DNA from: Minisyncoccota bacterium
Lineage (GTDB): Bacteria > Patescibacteriota > Minisyncoccia > Phycocordibacterales > UBA9973
DNA: 64,000 bases
Assembly: GCA_035491955.1 (NCBI GenBank)
Contig: DATJJU010000015.1
Span: 30,440 to 94,439, forward strand
Direction: 5' to 3'
Under the pieces are notes generated by a model, which did not search any database, was not told where the DNA came from, and saw nothing but the letters and a program-made list of their open reading frames with translations. A program made the translations under genes and the position numbers. This document shows, in pieces, positions 30,985 through 40,900 of the stretch; position 1 is the stretch's first letter, and each line of letters opens with the position of its first letter.

Positions 30985-31009
30985 AAAACAGCGACCTGGT
31001 CGCTGTTTT
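30980..31009. repeat. REP-like palindrome, left copy, within a 26-bp direct repeat
   Basis: AAAACAGCGACC-T-GGTCGCTGTTTT; 30980-31005 is identical to 31669-31694. Confidence 0.9.
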
Positions 31010-31046
31010 AATTTTAATTTATCTACCTTTGCTAGACTCATTTTTA

Positions 31047-31673
31047 ATGAGAAAACAGAAGTTTGGGGTTGGTGAAAAATTTCACGTATTTAATAGAGGT
31101 GTTGATAAAAGACATATTTTTTTAGATAAGAATGATGTCGAAAGATTCCTGCTTTGCATGAAAATCTTTAATGATGTAGAGCTGTCTGGAAGTCTCAAGA
31201 AAGCACTTTCTAAAAAGTATATGAAAAGCGACGCAGTTCCGCTGGTTAATTTTATTGCACATTCACCCGAGATAAATCATTTCCACTTTATCCTTGAAGA
31301 AGCGGTGGAAAATGGAATTAGTAAATTTATAAAAAGAGTAACTGGTGGCTATGCCTGGTACTTTAATAACAAATACAAAAGATCAGGTACTTTATTTGAA
31401 TCTCCTTTTAAAGCAAAACATATTGGATCAAACGAGTACTTATTATATGTAAGTGCCTATGTAAATCTAAATGATCAACAAAAACAATACAGCGACCTGG
31501 TCGCTGGAATATCTAGCTGGGGGGAATATAAGACTAATAAGCCCACATTCTGTACTCATAAACATCTTGTACTTGATCAATTCGAATCGCCGGAAGATTA
31601 TGAAAGGTATGCCTTAGAAGTGCTTGAACAGGTAAAACTTAACAAGCAAAGATATAAACTTTTAGATCTATAA
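31047..31673 (+). mobile_element. REP-associated tyrosine transposase (RAYT, Y1 HUH family)
   Basis: FHVFNRGVDKRHIF, NHFH (HUH), YFNNKYKRSGTLF, AYVNLN (catalytic Tyr region); flanked by palindromes. Alternative start TTG 31029. Confidence 0.88.
31490..31506. repeat. REP-like palindrome, copy inside the RAYT coding sequence
   Basis: Exact CAGCGACCTGGTCGCTG, read in frame as Y-S-D-L-V-A-G. Confidence 0.9.
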
Positions 31674-31694
31674 AAAACAGCGACCTGGTCGCTG
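31669..31694. repeat. REP-like palindrome, right copy, within a 26-bp direct repeat
   Basis: TATAAAAAACAGCGACCTGGTCGCTG. Confidence 0.9.
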
Positions 31695-31748
31695 AGTCTT
31701 TAGAATTTCTTCCATGTTTCTTGAGGGGCTATTTTGTATGCTAGGGGC

Positions 31749-32633
31749 ATGATGTCATTCGAAGAATTTAAACAGTGGTTTGATCAGCAATTTTTTGCAT
31801 TATTAGAAGAGAAAGGGAATGAGTTTGCGTCATATAGCAATGAGGCAAGCATAAAAGATATTGTTTCGTATATCTCAGTATTTGCCAAAGGAGGGAAGCG
31901 CTTGCGACCATATATGGCATATGTTGGATATGTTACAGAAGGCGGAGAGCATGATCTGTTTGAGTTGTTCGCAAGCATTGAGCTCCTTCATTTATTCTGT
32001 CTTGTGCATGACGATATCATGGACAATGCCTTTGCTCGTCATAACACCAAAACTATTCACGAGAAGTTTGATAGATCGATTGCTATTCTTGCCGGAGATT
32101 TGCTCTTAGCCTGGTCATTTGAATGCATGCAGGTCGTGGCAGAGTATGAGCCATACACGAGCGATGATGCAATGAAAGAATATAATCTTTTATTGAAAGA
32201 AGTGATACACGGTCAAATGCTTGATGTATTGCCTACGAGCACTACTCCCACAAAAGAACTCTTGGAAAAAGTTATTGAATTGAAAACAGCTCGCTATTCT
32301 TTTTACCGTCCACTTGCACTCGGCATGATATTGGCTGGCGGCGATGAAGAAGCGCTTGATTTCGCTAAGAGCTTTGGCGTTCAGATCGGTATAGCATTTC
32401 AGCTTATTGATGATCTCTATGACTGGCAGGATGATAAGAAAAATGGCCAGCACACCATGGTGACATGGTATGAAAATGCCCACCCTGATGATTCGCCTCA
32501 AGATATTCGTCATCATATCCAAGCGCTTATTGCCAACGCTGTAGAAGAGGCTCAAGAAGCCATATATGCTGCTAATAAAGACTCAGATCCGGTCTGGGAG
32601 GAAATTGTTGATCGATTTGGTATACTGAGGTAA
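31749..32633 (+). CDS. Polyprenyl synthetase (geranylgeranyl diphosphate synthase-like)
   Basis: GGKRLRP, LVHDDIMD, AGD, GQMLD, KTARYS, FQLIDDLYD. Confidence 0.92.
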   Translation: MMSFEEFKQWFDQQFFALLEEKGNEFASYSNEASIKDIVSYISVFAKGGKRLRPYMAYVGYVTEGGEHDLFELFASIELLHLFCLVHDDIMDNAFARHNTKTIHEKFDRSIAILAGDLLLAWSFECMQVVAEYEPYTSDDAMKEYNLLLKEVIHGQMLDVLPTSTTPTKELLEKVIELKTARYSFYRPLALGMILAGGDEEALDFAKSFGVQIGIAFQLIDDLYDWQDDKKNGQHTMVTWYENAHPDDSPQDIRHHIQALIANAVEEAQEAIYAANKDSDPVWEEIVDRFGILR

Positions 32634-33592
32634 TGAAAAAGGAGCAATTACCGACATTAGAAAATGAAGAAAATAATGAGCCTATTATAGAACAGGATCC
32701 GATGAAGGACCCTCAGTACAGTGAGATGTACAATGAGGCTCAAGAAAGTTTTTATAAACAACAAGAACAAGAAGATAGCGAGAAAGCCAAGGCACTCCAT
32801 GCTGATATTCTTGAACATACAAAGGATCGCCAACTTTCTGATACTGTCGTAACTCCTGAAGGAAAGCTCGAAGGAACTTCCTTTAATGCATCGGTAAAAG
32901 AAAAAAAGCCAAAGGCATATTCAATGAAAGGCATGCGACTTCTTGCAGTGGCAGCATTGGCGCCGATCTTGAGCATGCTACCTCTTCATTCAAAAGCAGG
33001 TGGTACAGAAAAGGGTGGAGATAAGGATAAAGATGTTGCCAAGGTTGAAAATGTTGCTCCTACTCCGGAACCTGTTTTTCATGGAGTAACTGATGAGAAT
33101 AAAAGACATTGGAATAAATATATTGATTATCTGGATTCAATCGGTCTAAAAGGGAGTCCAGAATTGAACCATCGCGCAGTATCTGAAAAAACGATGAAGG
33201 ATTTTATTAAAAAGAATCCTGGCACAACCTTCAGTAAAGATTTAGTCGTAAAAATTCAAACGGCATTGAAAGATTACCAAACAAAGTTGAATGAATTAGA
33301 AAAGAAGGCTGAAGCAAAAGGTAAGACTATTGCATTGCGAGCGGACAATGGCGTAAAAGGGTACACATTCATGGACGATCTTAATAAGACCGACACAGAC
33401 GGTTTCGCTGGGCAATTTACGACCAGATTTAAGTTTCCAGGTGAAAGACATACCTTTAAAAAAGAAGAGTATATGACTGGAAAAATTCCCGGTAGAGACC
33501 TTAATGTAGATAGATTAATTAATGACCCTAAACGTACTATAAAGAACACTTACAAAGAATTTGCTGAGCCAACTGACGAGTCCACTAATTAA
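32633..33592 (+). CDS. Hypothetical protein: acidic N-terminus, internal signal/TM segment, basic C-terminal domain
   Basis: 319-aa ORF with hydrophobic stretch LLAVAALAPILSMLPL; TATACT lies 6 nt before the ATG. Confidence 0.7.
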   Translation: MKKEQLPTLENEENNEPIIEQDPMKDPQYSEMYNEAQESFYKQQEQEDSEKAKALHADILEHTKDRQLSDTVVTPEGKLEGTSFNASVKEKKPKAYSMKGMRLLAVAALAPILSMLPLHSKAGGTEKGGDKDKDVAKVENVAPTPEPVFHGVTDENKRHWNKYIDYLDSIGLKGSPELNHRAVSEKTMKDFIKKNPGTTFSKDLVVKIQTALKDYQTKLNELEKKAEAKGKTIALRADNGVKGYTFMDDLNKTDTDGFAGQFTTRFKFPGERHTFKKEEYMTGKIPGRDLNVDRLINDPKRTIKNTYKEFAEPTDESTN

Positions 33593-33600
33593 TACTATCT

Positions 33601-34866
33601 ATGATCCGGCAAGAGTTAGACAAATTAGCATTGCCGAATGAGCCGGGAGTATATTTCTGGAGAGACGGTAATGATCATATCCTCTATATAGGAAAAGCGA
33701 CATCATTGCGCGATCGCGTGCGCTCTTATTTTGCGCCTGATGTTATCAAGACTCGCGGTGCGCATATTGTGGACATGGTCTTCAAGGCTACGACCGTGAC
33801 CTATGAAGTGACACATACTGTCTTGGAAGCACTTATCTTGGAAGCTAATCTCATTAAAAAATACAAGCCGCACTACAATACCAAGGAAAAGGACGATAAG
33901 AGTTTCAATTGCGTAGTTATCACCAAAGAAGATTATCCACGCGTTATTTTGGTACGACAAAAAGATATCGATAGCCGAACAAAGACTGTGACATTGCCGC
34001 GCCTGGGTTTGAATAAGACAAAATATGATGTTGTTTTCGGTCCATTTCCGAGCGGTCCTAGCATACGCGAAGCATTGAAAATTATTCGTCATATTTTCCC
34101 GTTTCGTGATCGGGCAAGTGCTCAAAAAGACAAGGAAGCATTTTATCGGCAAATTGAGCTTTCACCGGATGTTTCAAATAAAGAAGTAGGAAAAGAATAT
34201 AGAAAAAATGTTGGCCGTATCAAAATGATACTGCAAGGCAAGATGCAATCATTGATCAAAGGATTGAAAAAAGAAATGATGATGGCTGCCAAGAAAGAAG
34301 ATTTCGAGGAGGCGGAAATTTTAAAGCAAAAAGTATTTGCCCTTGAGCACATTCAGGATATTTCATTGATCAAGCGCGACTTGGAACGGGCGAGCGGAGA
34401 ATCAGTCTTTCGATTGGAGGCGTATGATATTGCGCACTTGTCCGGCAAGCAGATGGTGGGCGTGATGACGGTAGTGGAGAACTCCACAACGAACAAAAAT
34501 GAATATCGAAAATTCATCATTCGGGGTTTTGATAAAGCTAATGACGCCGGTGCGCTTCGCGAAGTACTAGTGCGTCGCTTAGCTCATACTGAATGGCCAT
34601 ACCCGAACGCTATTGTAGTAGATGGAAATGTCATTCAAGTAAATGTTGCCAAAGATGTATTAGGAGAACTGCAACTTGAGATACCTATTATTGCAGTGAC
34701 AAAAGATGAGCGCCATCGCCCGAAGTCTATCTCTGGTCCGCAGGAAATCGTTGAAGCGCATAAGTTCGCCATTCTTCTTTCTAACTCTGAAGCGCACCGT
34801 TTCGCCATTACTTTTCATAAGCAAAAGCGTTCAAAGGCTCAGTTTGGAGATACAGTAAAAAAGTAA
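33601..34866 (+). CDS. uvrC: Excinuclease ABC subunit C (short form without C-terminal HhH)
   Basis: GIY-YIG (PGVY..LYIGKA..LRDRVRSYF), UVR motif, RNase H-like EAYDIAH, VVDG, EAHRFA. Confidence 0.92.
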   Translation: MIRQELDKLALPNEPGVYFWRDGNDHILYIGKATSLRDRVRSYFAPDVIKTRGAHIVDMVFKATTVTYEVTHTVLEALILEANLIKKYKPHYNTKEKDDKSFNCVVITKEDYPRVILVRQKDIDSRTKTVTLPRLGLNKTKYDVVFGPFPSGPSIREALKIIRHIFPFRDRASAQKDKEAFYRQIELSPDVSNKEVGKEYRKNVGRIKMILQGKMQSLIKGLKKEMMMAAKKEDFEEAEILKQKVFALEHIQDISLIKRDLERASGESVFRLEAYDIAHLSGKQMVGVMTVVENSTTNKNEYRKFIIRGFDKANDAGALREVLVRRLAHTEWPYPNAIVVDGNVIQVNVAKDVLGELQLEIPIIAVTKDERHRPKSISGPQEIVEAHKFAILLSNSEAHRFAITFHKQKRSKAQFGDTVKK

Positions 34867-34888
34867 AAGGGCGCAAGTGCGCCCTTTT
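34865..34888. terminator. Bidirectional intrinsic terminator
   Basis: AAAAGGGCGCA-AG-TGCGCCCTTTT. Confidence 0.8.
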
Positions 34889-34891
34889 TGC

Positions 34892-35077
34892 TTAGTACGG
34901 ATCTTCGCCGAAAATGGTTATGGTCGGTTTATCATCGTCCGGCTTATCTTCTTTTTCCTTCTCTAGCTCGCTGATTTCTTCAGCTTGCTCATGAGTCTCC
35001 TCCTGAAGCTCTTCTACTCTCTGCTGAAGATCTTCATTGCTTGGAGTAGTCTCCTCGTCATCGCCTGGTGTTGCCAT
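34892..35077 (-). CDS. Small acidic coiled-coil protein
   Basis: 61-aa ORF with a minus-strand TTGACG-N16-TACTAT promoter upstream and a terminator directly downstream. Confidence 0.65.
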   Translation of the reverse strand: MATPGDDEETTPSNEDLQQRVEELQEETHEQAEEISELEKEKEDKPDDDKPTITIFGEDPY

Positions 35078-35182
35078 AATTTTCTATATTAAATGTTAAT
35101 ACATAGTATTCATATGTATATACGTAATAGTACGCCCATATTTTACATCGTCAAGAATATGAGCTCCTGCTATACTATATGC

Positions 35183-36142
35183 ATGCAACGAGTCGGCATC
35201 CTCCGCGGAGGGGTCAGTCCTGAATACGACATATCGCTTAAGACAGGAGCGACTGTTCAACGCGCCTTGCATGAAGCAGGACTGGAAGCGGTAGATATGC
35301 TGCTTGATAAGGATGGCGTGCTCCACATCAAAGGCATACCGGCTGACATGTCCCGAGCAAAAGATTCTGTCGATATGGTATGGAATGCTTTGCACGGAGA
35401 ATTTGGCGAAGACGGCCAAGTGCAGGCCTTGTTTGAAAGCTACGGTATTCCGTATACAGGATCGTCCGCGGAAGTAGCACAGCTAGCCTACAATAAGCAG
35501 TCAGCTAAAGAGCACGCTAAGGCTCTTGGTATCAACACCCCGCAGTCTCTCTTGATTTTACCCGAAGGTACTGAGTCAGTGTCGGAGGTAACGCAGCGCA
35601 TCTATAAAACAATGGCACCGCCATGGGTCCTGAAGCCGTTGAAAGGAGGAGGGTCAGTTAACACATACTTTGCATTTACTCCGCTTGAATTAGCGCAGTT
35701 CGTTGAAGAAAGTATTTCTGATGCACAGCCATTTTTGGCTGAACAATATATAGTCGGAAGGGAAGCGTCAGTTGGTGTGATCGATAATTTTCGCAATCAA
35801 GATCCATACGTACTGCCTGTCATAGAAGTAGCGTCGCCTTCTCGTGACATTTTGAAAAACGAAACACGCAGAAATGTTGAAGAACAGTATGCGCGGCTTC
35901 ATGGAGGATTTACTAAACAAGAGCGCGATGTATTGAGCGAGCTTGCAAAAAAACTTCACCAGCACTTTGGTGCTAAAGATTATTCCCAAAGTGAATTCAT
36001 TGTTGATCGCCGCGGCAAGCCATGGTTTATCGAGCTTGATACTCATCCGCACCTCACCAATAACTCGCCATTCCTCGCCGCTCTCGAATCAGTCGGCATA
36101 TCGCTCCAGGAGTTTGTAAGATCTATTGTAAATAAGAAATAA
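35183..36142 (+). CDS. ddl: D-alanine--D-alanine ligase-like ATP-grasp protein with divergent active site
   Basis: VGILRGGVSPEYDISLKTG, ALHGEFGEDG, IPYTGS, VLKP, EQYIVGRE. Start moved to ATG 35183, 6 nt after TATACT. Confidence 0.8.
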   Translation: MQRVGILRGGVSPEYDISLKTGATVQRALHEAGLEAVDMLLDKDGVLHIKGIPADMSRAKDSVDMVWNALHGEFGEDGQVQALFESYGIPYTGSSAEVAQLAYNKQSAKEHAKALGINTPQSLLILPEGTESVSEVTQRIYKTMAPPWVLKPLKGGGSVNTYFAFTPLELAQFVEESISDAQPFLAEQYIVGREASVGVIDNFRNQDPYVLPVIEVASPSRDILKNETRRNVEEQYARLHGGFTKQERDVLSELAKKLHQHFGAKDYSQSEFIVDRRGKPWFIELDTHPHLTNNSPFLAALESVGISLQEFVRSIVNKK

Positions 36143-36231
36143 AAATACCGCAGAGATGGGGTATTTTACATTCATTTACTTTCTCACTTTTTATGGTAAA
36201 GTCGAGGAAATTGAACTTAAACAATAGCATT

Positions 36232-37347
36232 ATGGAAACAGTAGAAAAAGAAACTATTTCTCTCGAAGAATTTCGCAAGACTCCAGTACAGGCACCCCTT
36301 ATGGAAGAGCTCAGAAAACTATATCCCGGAGCATATGACTTAAAGAATACTGTTAAAAATCCCATACCTGTTTTTCATGAAAAAGAGGATGGCGTCATAT
36401 ACGTTATAAAGGCCGATGATCTTGAATGGAGAGCTTCCTGCTACATCTATGTGTTATGGGACGGATCCGTTTTCCATGAAATTTACAAGGACGAATATCC
36501 GCTAAGATATATAGGTAATAATATGTTTGTTAGCGTAGATGAAAAAAACCTTTGGAAAACCGTGACAATAACCTGCGAGAATATTTTTCCCATTAAGAAA
36601 AAAGGAAGTTATCGTTCCGCAAGTCACTACTTTTCGAAAGATACCCAGGCCTTTCATCATCTTACTGACCTAAGGGTCACTAATGCCGGTATATATATTT
36701 CCGGTACAGATAGAAAGTCTGAATCCGCGAAAATAGGATTCTTTCCTTTCGGCGGATATCATGAACTTCATATTATTCAATTTCCTGAATGGGCAGATGT
36801 CAGCACTTGGCAGCCAGCATATGATGGAGAGGAAATATTTTTTTCGGATGAATTCACCATTTACACACTTTCATTCTCAGAAAAGAAAGACAATGTAAAA
36901 GTGATTGTCCATCCAAAAGATGTGGATGTCCGTTTAGGTAAAAAACATAGATGGATGCAGTTGCCCAAAGTAGGCACTCAACTGGATGTGTTTGGACCGG
37001 TACACAAATTCATTTTCATTCAAGATAATTATCAACATTATAATTATCTTTCAGATGGAAGAGAGGTCTCGGGTATAATGATGTCTACTTATCGCAAGCA
37101 CTGGATACCATTCAACGATGGGTTCATATGTGCTGAGGAGCATGGAAATAACCCGATTACTCTTCGATATTATTTCTGGATAGATGGTTCCTGGCAAAAC
37201 GTTACCATCCTTAGAGATAAAAAATATAAAGATGATTTTCAAAAAATCATGCTTTTAGAAAAGGATGAGGAATCGTTCTATTTTGGATTTAAGGAAGAAT
37301 GGTATCTTATCAATCAAAAAATGATTAAAGCTGCTGTTTCTAAGTAA
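36232..37347 (+). CDS. Hypothetical aromatic-rich, probably beta-sheet-rich orphan protein
   Basis: Long AT-rich ORF. ATG 36193 overlaps a -10-like box, so ATG 36232 is preferred. Terminator at 37367-37398. Confidence 0.7.
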   Translation: METVEKETISLEEFRKTPVQAPLMEELRKLYPGAYDLKNTVKNPIPVFHEKEDGVIYVIKADDLEWRASCYIYVLWDGSVFHEIYKDEYPLRYIGNNMFVSVDEKNLWKTVTITCENIFPIKKKGSYRSASHYFSKDTQAFHHLTDLRVTNAGIYISGTDRKSESAKIGFFPFGGYHELHIIQFPEWADVSTWQPAYDGEEIFFSDEFTIYTLSFSEKKDNVKVIVHPKDVDVRLGKKHRWMQLPKVGTQLDVFGPVHKFIFIQDNYQHYNYLSDGREVSGIMMSTYRKHWIPFNDGFICAEEHGNNPITLRYYFWIDGSWQNVTILRDKKYKDDFQKIMLLEKDEESFYFGFKEEWYLINQKMIKAAVSK

Positions 37348-37366
37348 GGATAGTGCACTACAATGT

Positions 37367-37398
37367 AAGGCGCTCAGCAAAATGCTGAGCGCCTTTTT
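37367..37398 (+). terminator. Intrinsic terminator
   Basis: AAGGCGCTCAGCA-AAA-TGCTGAGCGCCTT followed by T's. Confidence 0.8.
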
Positions 37399-37416
37399 AA
37401 TTGCTATACTAGATAC

Positions 37417-37941
37417 ATGGAAAAAGCAAAATCACCAGTTATGAAATGGTCTCTCATTATAGGCATCGTTATTGTCCTTAATCTCTTTTTCAATTACGCA
37501 TTGTCGTTGGTGTATAAAATGCCAGACTATAATCAGTATTTCCCACAGCAGCAAGTGGTACCGTCGATCACTACTGAAGAACAGTGCGTAGTAGTAGGAG
37601 GGCAGTGGAACTCTAATGTAGTATCTGGACCAAACGGAGAGACAAAACCTCAAGGCTACTGCAATCCTGATTTCAAGAAACAGCAGCAGTTTGATCTGGC
37701 GCAGAAGCATTATGATCGTACCGTGTTCATCGTACTGGTTATACTTGGCGCGCTGAGCCTCATCGTTGGTATGGTTTTCGAAAACACTGTCCTCTCACTT
37801 TCATTTTCATGGGGTGGAGTCCTCTCTCTTGTCATTGCCTCAATGCGGTATTGGTCAGATGCCAATAACCTTCTGAAGGTTGTTATTTTGGCTGTAGCTC
37901 TCGGGGGTCTTATCTATACTGCTATAAAGAAGTTTGCGTAG
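37417..37941 (+). CDS. Four-TM membrane protein with Cys-containing external loop
   Basis: TM1, loop with CVVVGGQW..GYC, then three TM helices. Confidence 0.75.
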   Translation: MEKAKSPVMKWSLIIGIVIVLNLFFNYALSLVYKMPDYNQYFPQQQVVPSITTEEQCVVVGGQWNSNVVSGPNGETKPQGYCNPDFKKQQQFDLAQKHYDRTVFIVLVILGALSLIVGMVFENTVLSLSFSWGGVLSLVIASMRYWSDANNLLKVVILAVALGGLIYTAIKKFA

Positions 37942-37979
37942 TTTGCTGAAAAGGGTTTTTTGTGGAAAAATGATTATAT

Positions 37980-40900
37980 ATGAAGCCAAAACAGGCAAAA
38001 CCTGCCCATTATGATCACGCCAAGGTAGAAAAGAAGTGGCAGAAGGCTTGGGAAGAAAAGGGGACCTATAAAACTGAGGATCCCACCAAAAATAATAAAA
38101 AGCAAAAGAAAAAGATGTATGTCCTGGATATGTTCCCATATCCGTCTGGAGCAGGACTTCACGTTGGTCACCCTCGCGGCTATATCGGCAGCGACGTCTA
38201 TGCTCGCATGAAGCGCATGAATGGCTTCAATGTTTTGCATCCTATGGGCTTTGACTCATTCGGTTTGCCAGCCGAACAGTATGCTATTGCCACAGGTAAG
38301 CACCCTGGTCCTTTTACTGACAGTTTGGTGAAGCAATACAAAAAGCAGTTGGAAATCATCGGCTTCTCTTATGATTGGTCACGCGAAGTAGATACTCATC
38401 GTCCTGAGTATTACAAGTGGACGCAATGGATTTTCCTACAACTCTATGATGCTTGGTATGACAAAAAGAAAAACAAGGCCCGTACTATTGCTGAGCTTAT
38501 TGCTCTCTTTGAAAAAAGCGGTAACAGATCTGTGGATGCTGTAACCGATATAGAAGAAACATTTTCTGCAAAAGAGTGGAGGACATTTTCTCAGTTAGAA
38601 AAGCAAGAAATACTGATGCACTATCGCTTGGCATACGAAGGCTTCGGTGAAGTGAACTGGTCTGAAGATCTTGGTACAGTGCTAGCGAACGATGAGATTG
38701 TTGATGGTCCGAATGGTCCTGTGTCAGAACGCGGAGGATTTCCTGTTATCAAAAAAGCTATGCGTCAATGGTTCATGCGCATCACTGCCTATGCTGATCG
38801 TTTGCTTGAAGGCCTGGAAGATATTAATTGGCCAAACAATATAAAAGAGATTCAGAGAAATTGGATAGGAAGAAGTGAGGGGTCAGAGATAGAGTTTCAA
38901 TTAGTGGCTGCGCCGAAAGAACCTTTGGCTGGCCAGACCCCGCCCACACCCCATCCAAAGGTTCTTTCGTCTTCGCCACTAGGCTCAGTAGGAGTTTTTA
39001 CTACTCGACCAGATACATTGTTTGGTGTGACGTATATTGTCTTAGCTCCGGAACATGCTTTAGTAGAGGATTTGAAAAACGCTATTACAAACTGGTCTGA
39101 AGTAGAGAAATATATTAAAGATATTTCTAAGAAAGATGAAGCAGAGCGAACAAGTGCTGAAAAAGTAAAAACTGGCATCCAATTGAAAGGTATTACTGCG
39201 ATCAATCCAGCTAATGGCGAAGAGGTACCAGTATGGATTGCTGACTATGTCTTAGCTGGGTACGGCACTGGTGCAGTCATGGCTGTGCCGGCACACGATG
39301 AGCGCGACTTCGCATTTGCTACGAAATACAAGCTGCCGATCAAAGAAGTTATTCGCCCGGTTATTATTGATGACAAAAATCCCCATCAAAAAGGCAAGCC
39401 GCTTGTTAGCAGGAATGTAGTACATGCTCTTGTCTTTGATCCGAAGCAGAAAAAATATCTCATCATTCGAAATAAGAAATTCGGCTGGGATACTACTATC
39501 ATTGGAGGTATTGAAGGTGATGAAAATCCTGTTGATGCAGCATTGCGCGAATTGCGCGAAGAGACTGGATATATTGATCTCACTTTTAAACGACTGCTAG
39601 GAGGCACCACTAAGGCTGCATATTATACAAAGCACAAAGGAGAGAATCGTATTGCCGTTGCGCAGCCGGTGTATTTTGAACTAGCGAGTGATAAACGTGT
39701 TGCTATCGGTAATGATGAAGACGAAGCTAATGAAATTTTGTGGGTCAGTGCAAAAGATTTTGTGCCGGAAAAAATGGTTAATTCAGAATTTGCTATTTGG
39801 CTCGCCAGACTTTCAAATGAGCACGGGGCTGCATATACAGGTGAAGGTGAATTAATTAACTCGGATGACTTCAACGAGCTTTCTTCAGAAGAAGCAAAAA
39901 AAGCTATCACTGTATTTGTAAAAGGAAAGATTGTTACCAAATATAGAATGCGCGATGCCATCTTTGCTCGTCAGCGCTATTGGGGTGAGCCGATACCATT
40001 GCGCCACCAAACAAATGGATTGATCGCGCCTTTGAAAGAAAAAGAATTGCCACTCGAATTACCAAATGTGAAATCGTATCAGCCTGCAGGGACAGGAGAG
40101 AGCCCTTTAGCTTCAGTGAAGTCGTGGGTGAAGGAAGGATACGAAACCAATACTATGCCAGGCTGGGCAGGCTCCTCGTGGTATTTTTTGCGCTACATGG
40201 ATCCAGCAAACGCCAAGGCGTTTGCTGGTGAGAAAGCCTTGAACTACTGGAAAGATGTCGACATGTATGTCGGTGGAGCAGAACATGCCACAGGACACTT
40301 ACTCTATAGTCGTTTTTGGCACAAGTTCCTTTTTGATATGGGCTATGTACCGACCAAGGAACCATTTAAGACATTAAAAAATCAGGGACTTATTGGCGGA
40401 GCAGACGGCCGAAAAATGAGTAAGCGGTGGGGGAATGTTATAAATCCTGACGATGTTGTCAAAACATACGGTGCCGACTCTTTGCGTGTGTTTGAAATGT
40501 TTCTTGGTCCGTTTGAATCACATCTGCCATGGAGTACAGAAGGCATTATCGGATCGCGCCGTTTTATCGAGCGTGTTTGGCGCTTGGCGACGAGTGTTCG
40601 AATAGCGAATGAAGGTTCTACTCGTATCCTTCATAAAACTATCAAAAAAGTCACCGACGACATAGAAAATTTTGCGTTCAATACAGCAGTGTCATCGCTA
40701 ATGATTTGTTTAAATGAATTTGAAAAGTCAGGAGTGTCTGAAAAGGATTTTGTAATCTTTTTGCAGTTGCTTGCACCATTTGCTCCCCATGTTGCTGATG
40801 AGTTATGGAATGAGCTTGGCGGAAAAGGAAGTATCCATACTTCTGCATGGCCAAAACACAATCCGAAATACCTCGTTGAAAAAGAGGTAAGCATCGGCGT

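Noticed and set aside
30980-31694. Three identical palindromes as a CRISPR array
   Set aside because: Spacing is about 500 and 190 bp, a transposase ORF lies across them, and no cas genes are present.
33601-34866. UvrC lacking HhH (and ValRS lacking its coiled coil) as pseudogenes
   Set aside because: The reading frames are clean and end at a terminator or a coupled gene; compact forms are expected in reduced genomes.
38440-38640. Extra ~60 aa in the LeuRS N-terminal region
   Set aside because: Resembles a lineage-specific LeuRS insertion known from other phyla; no palindromy seen.
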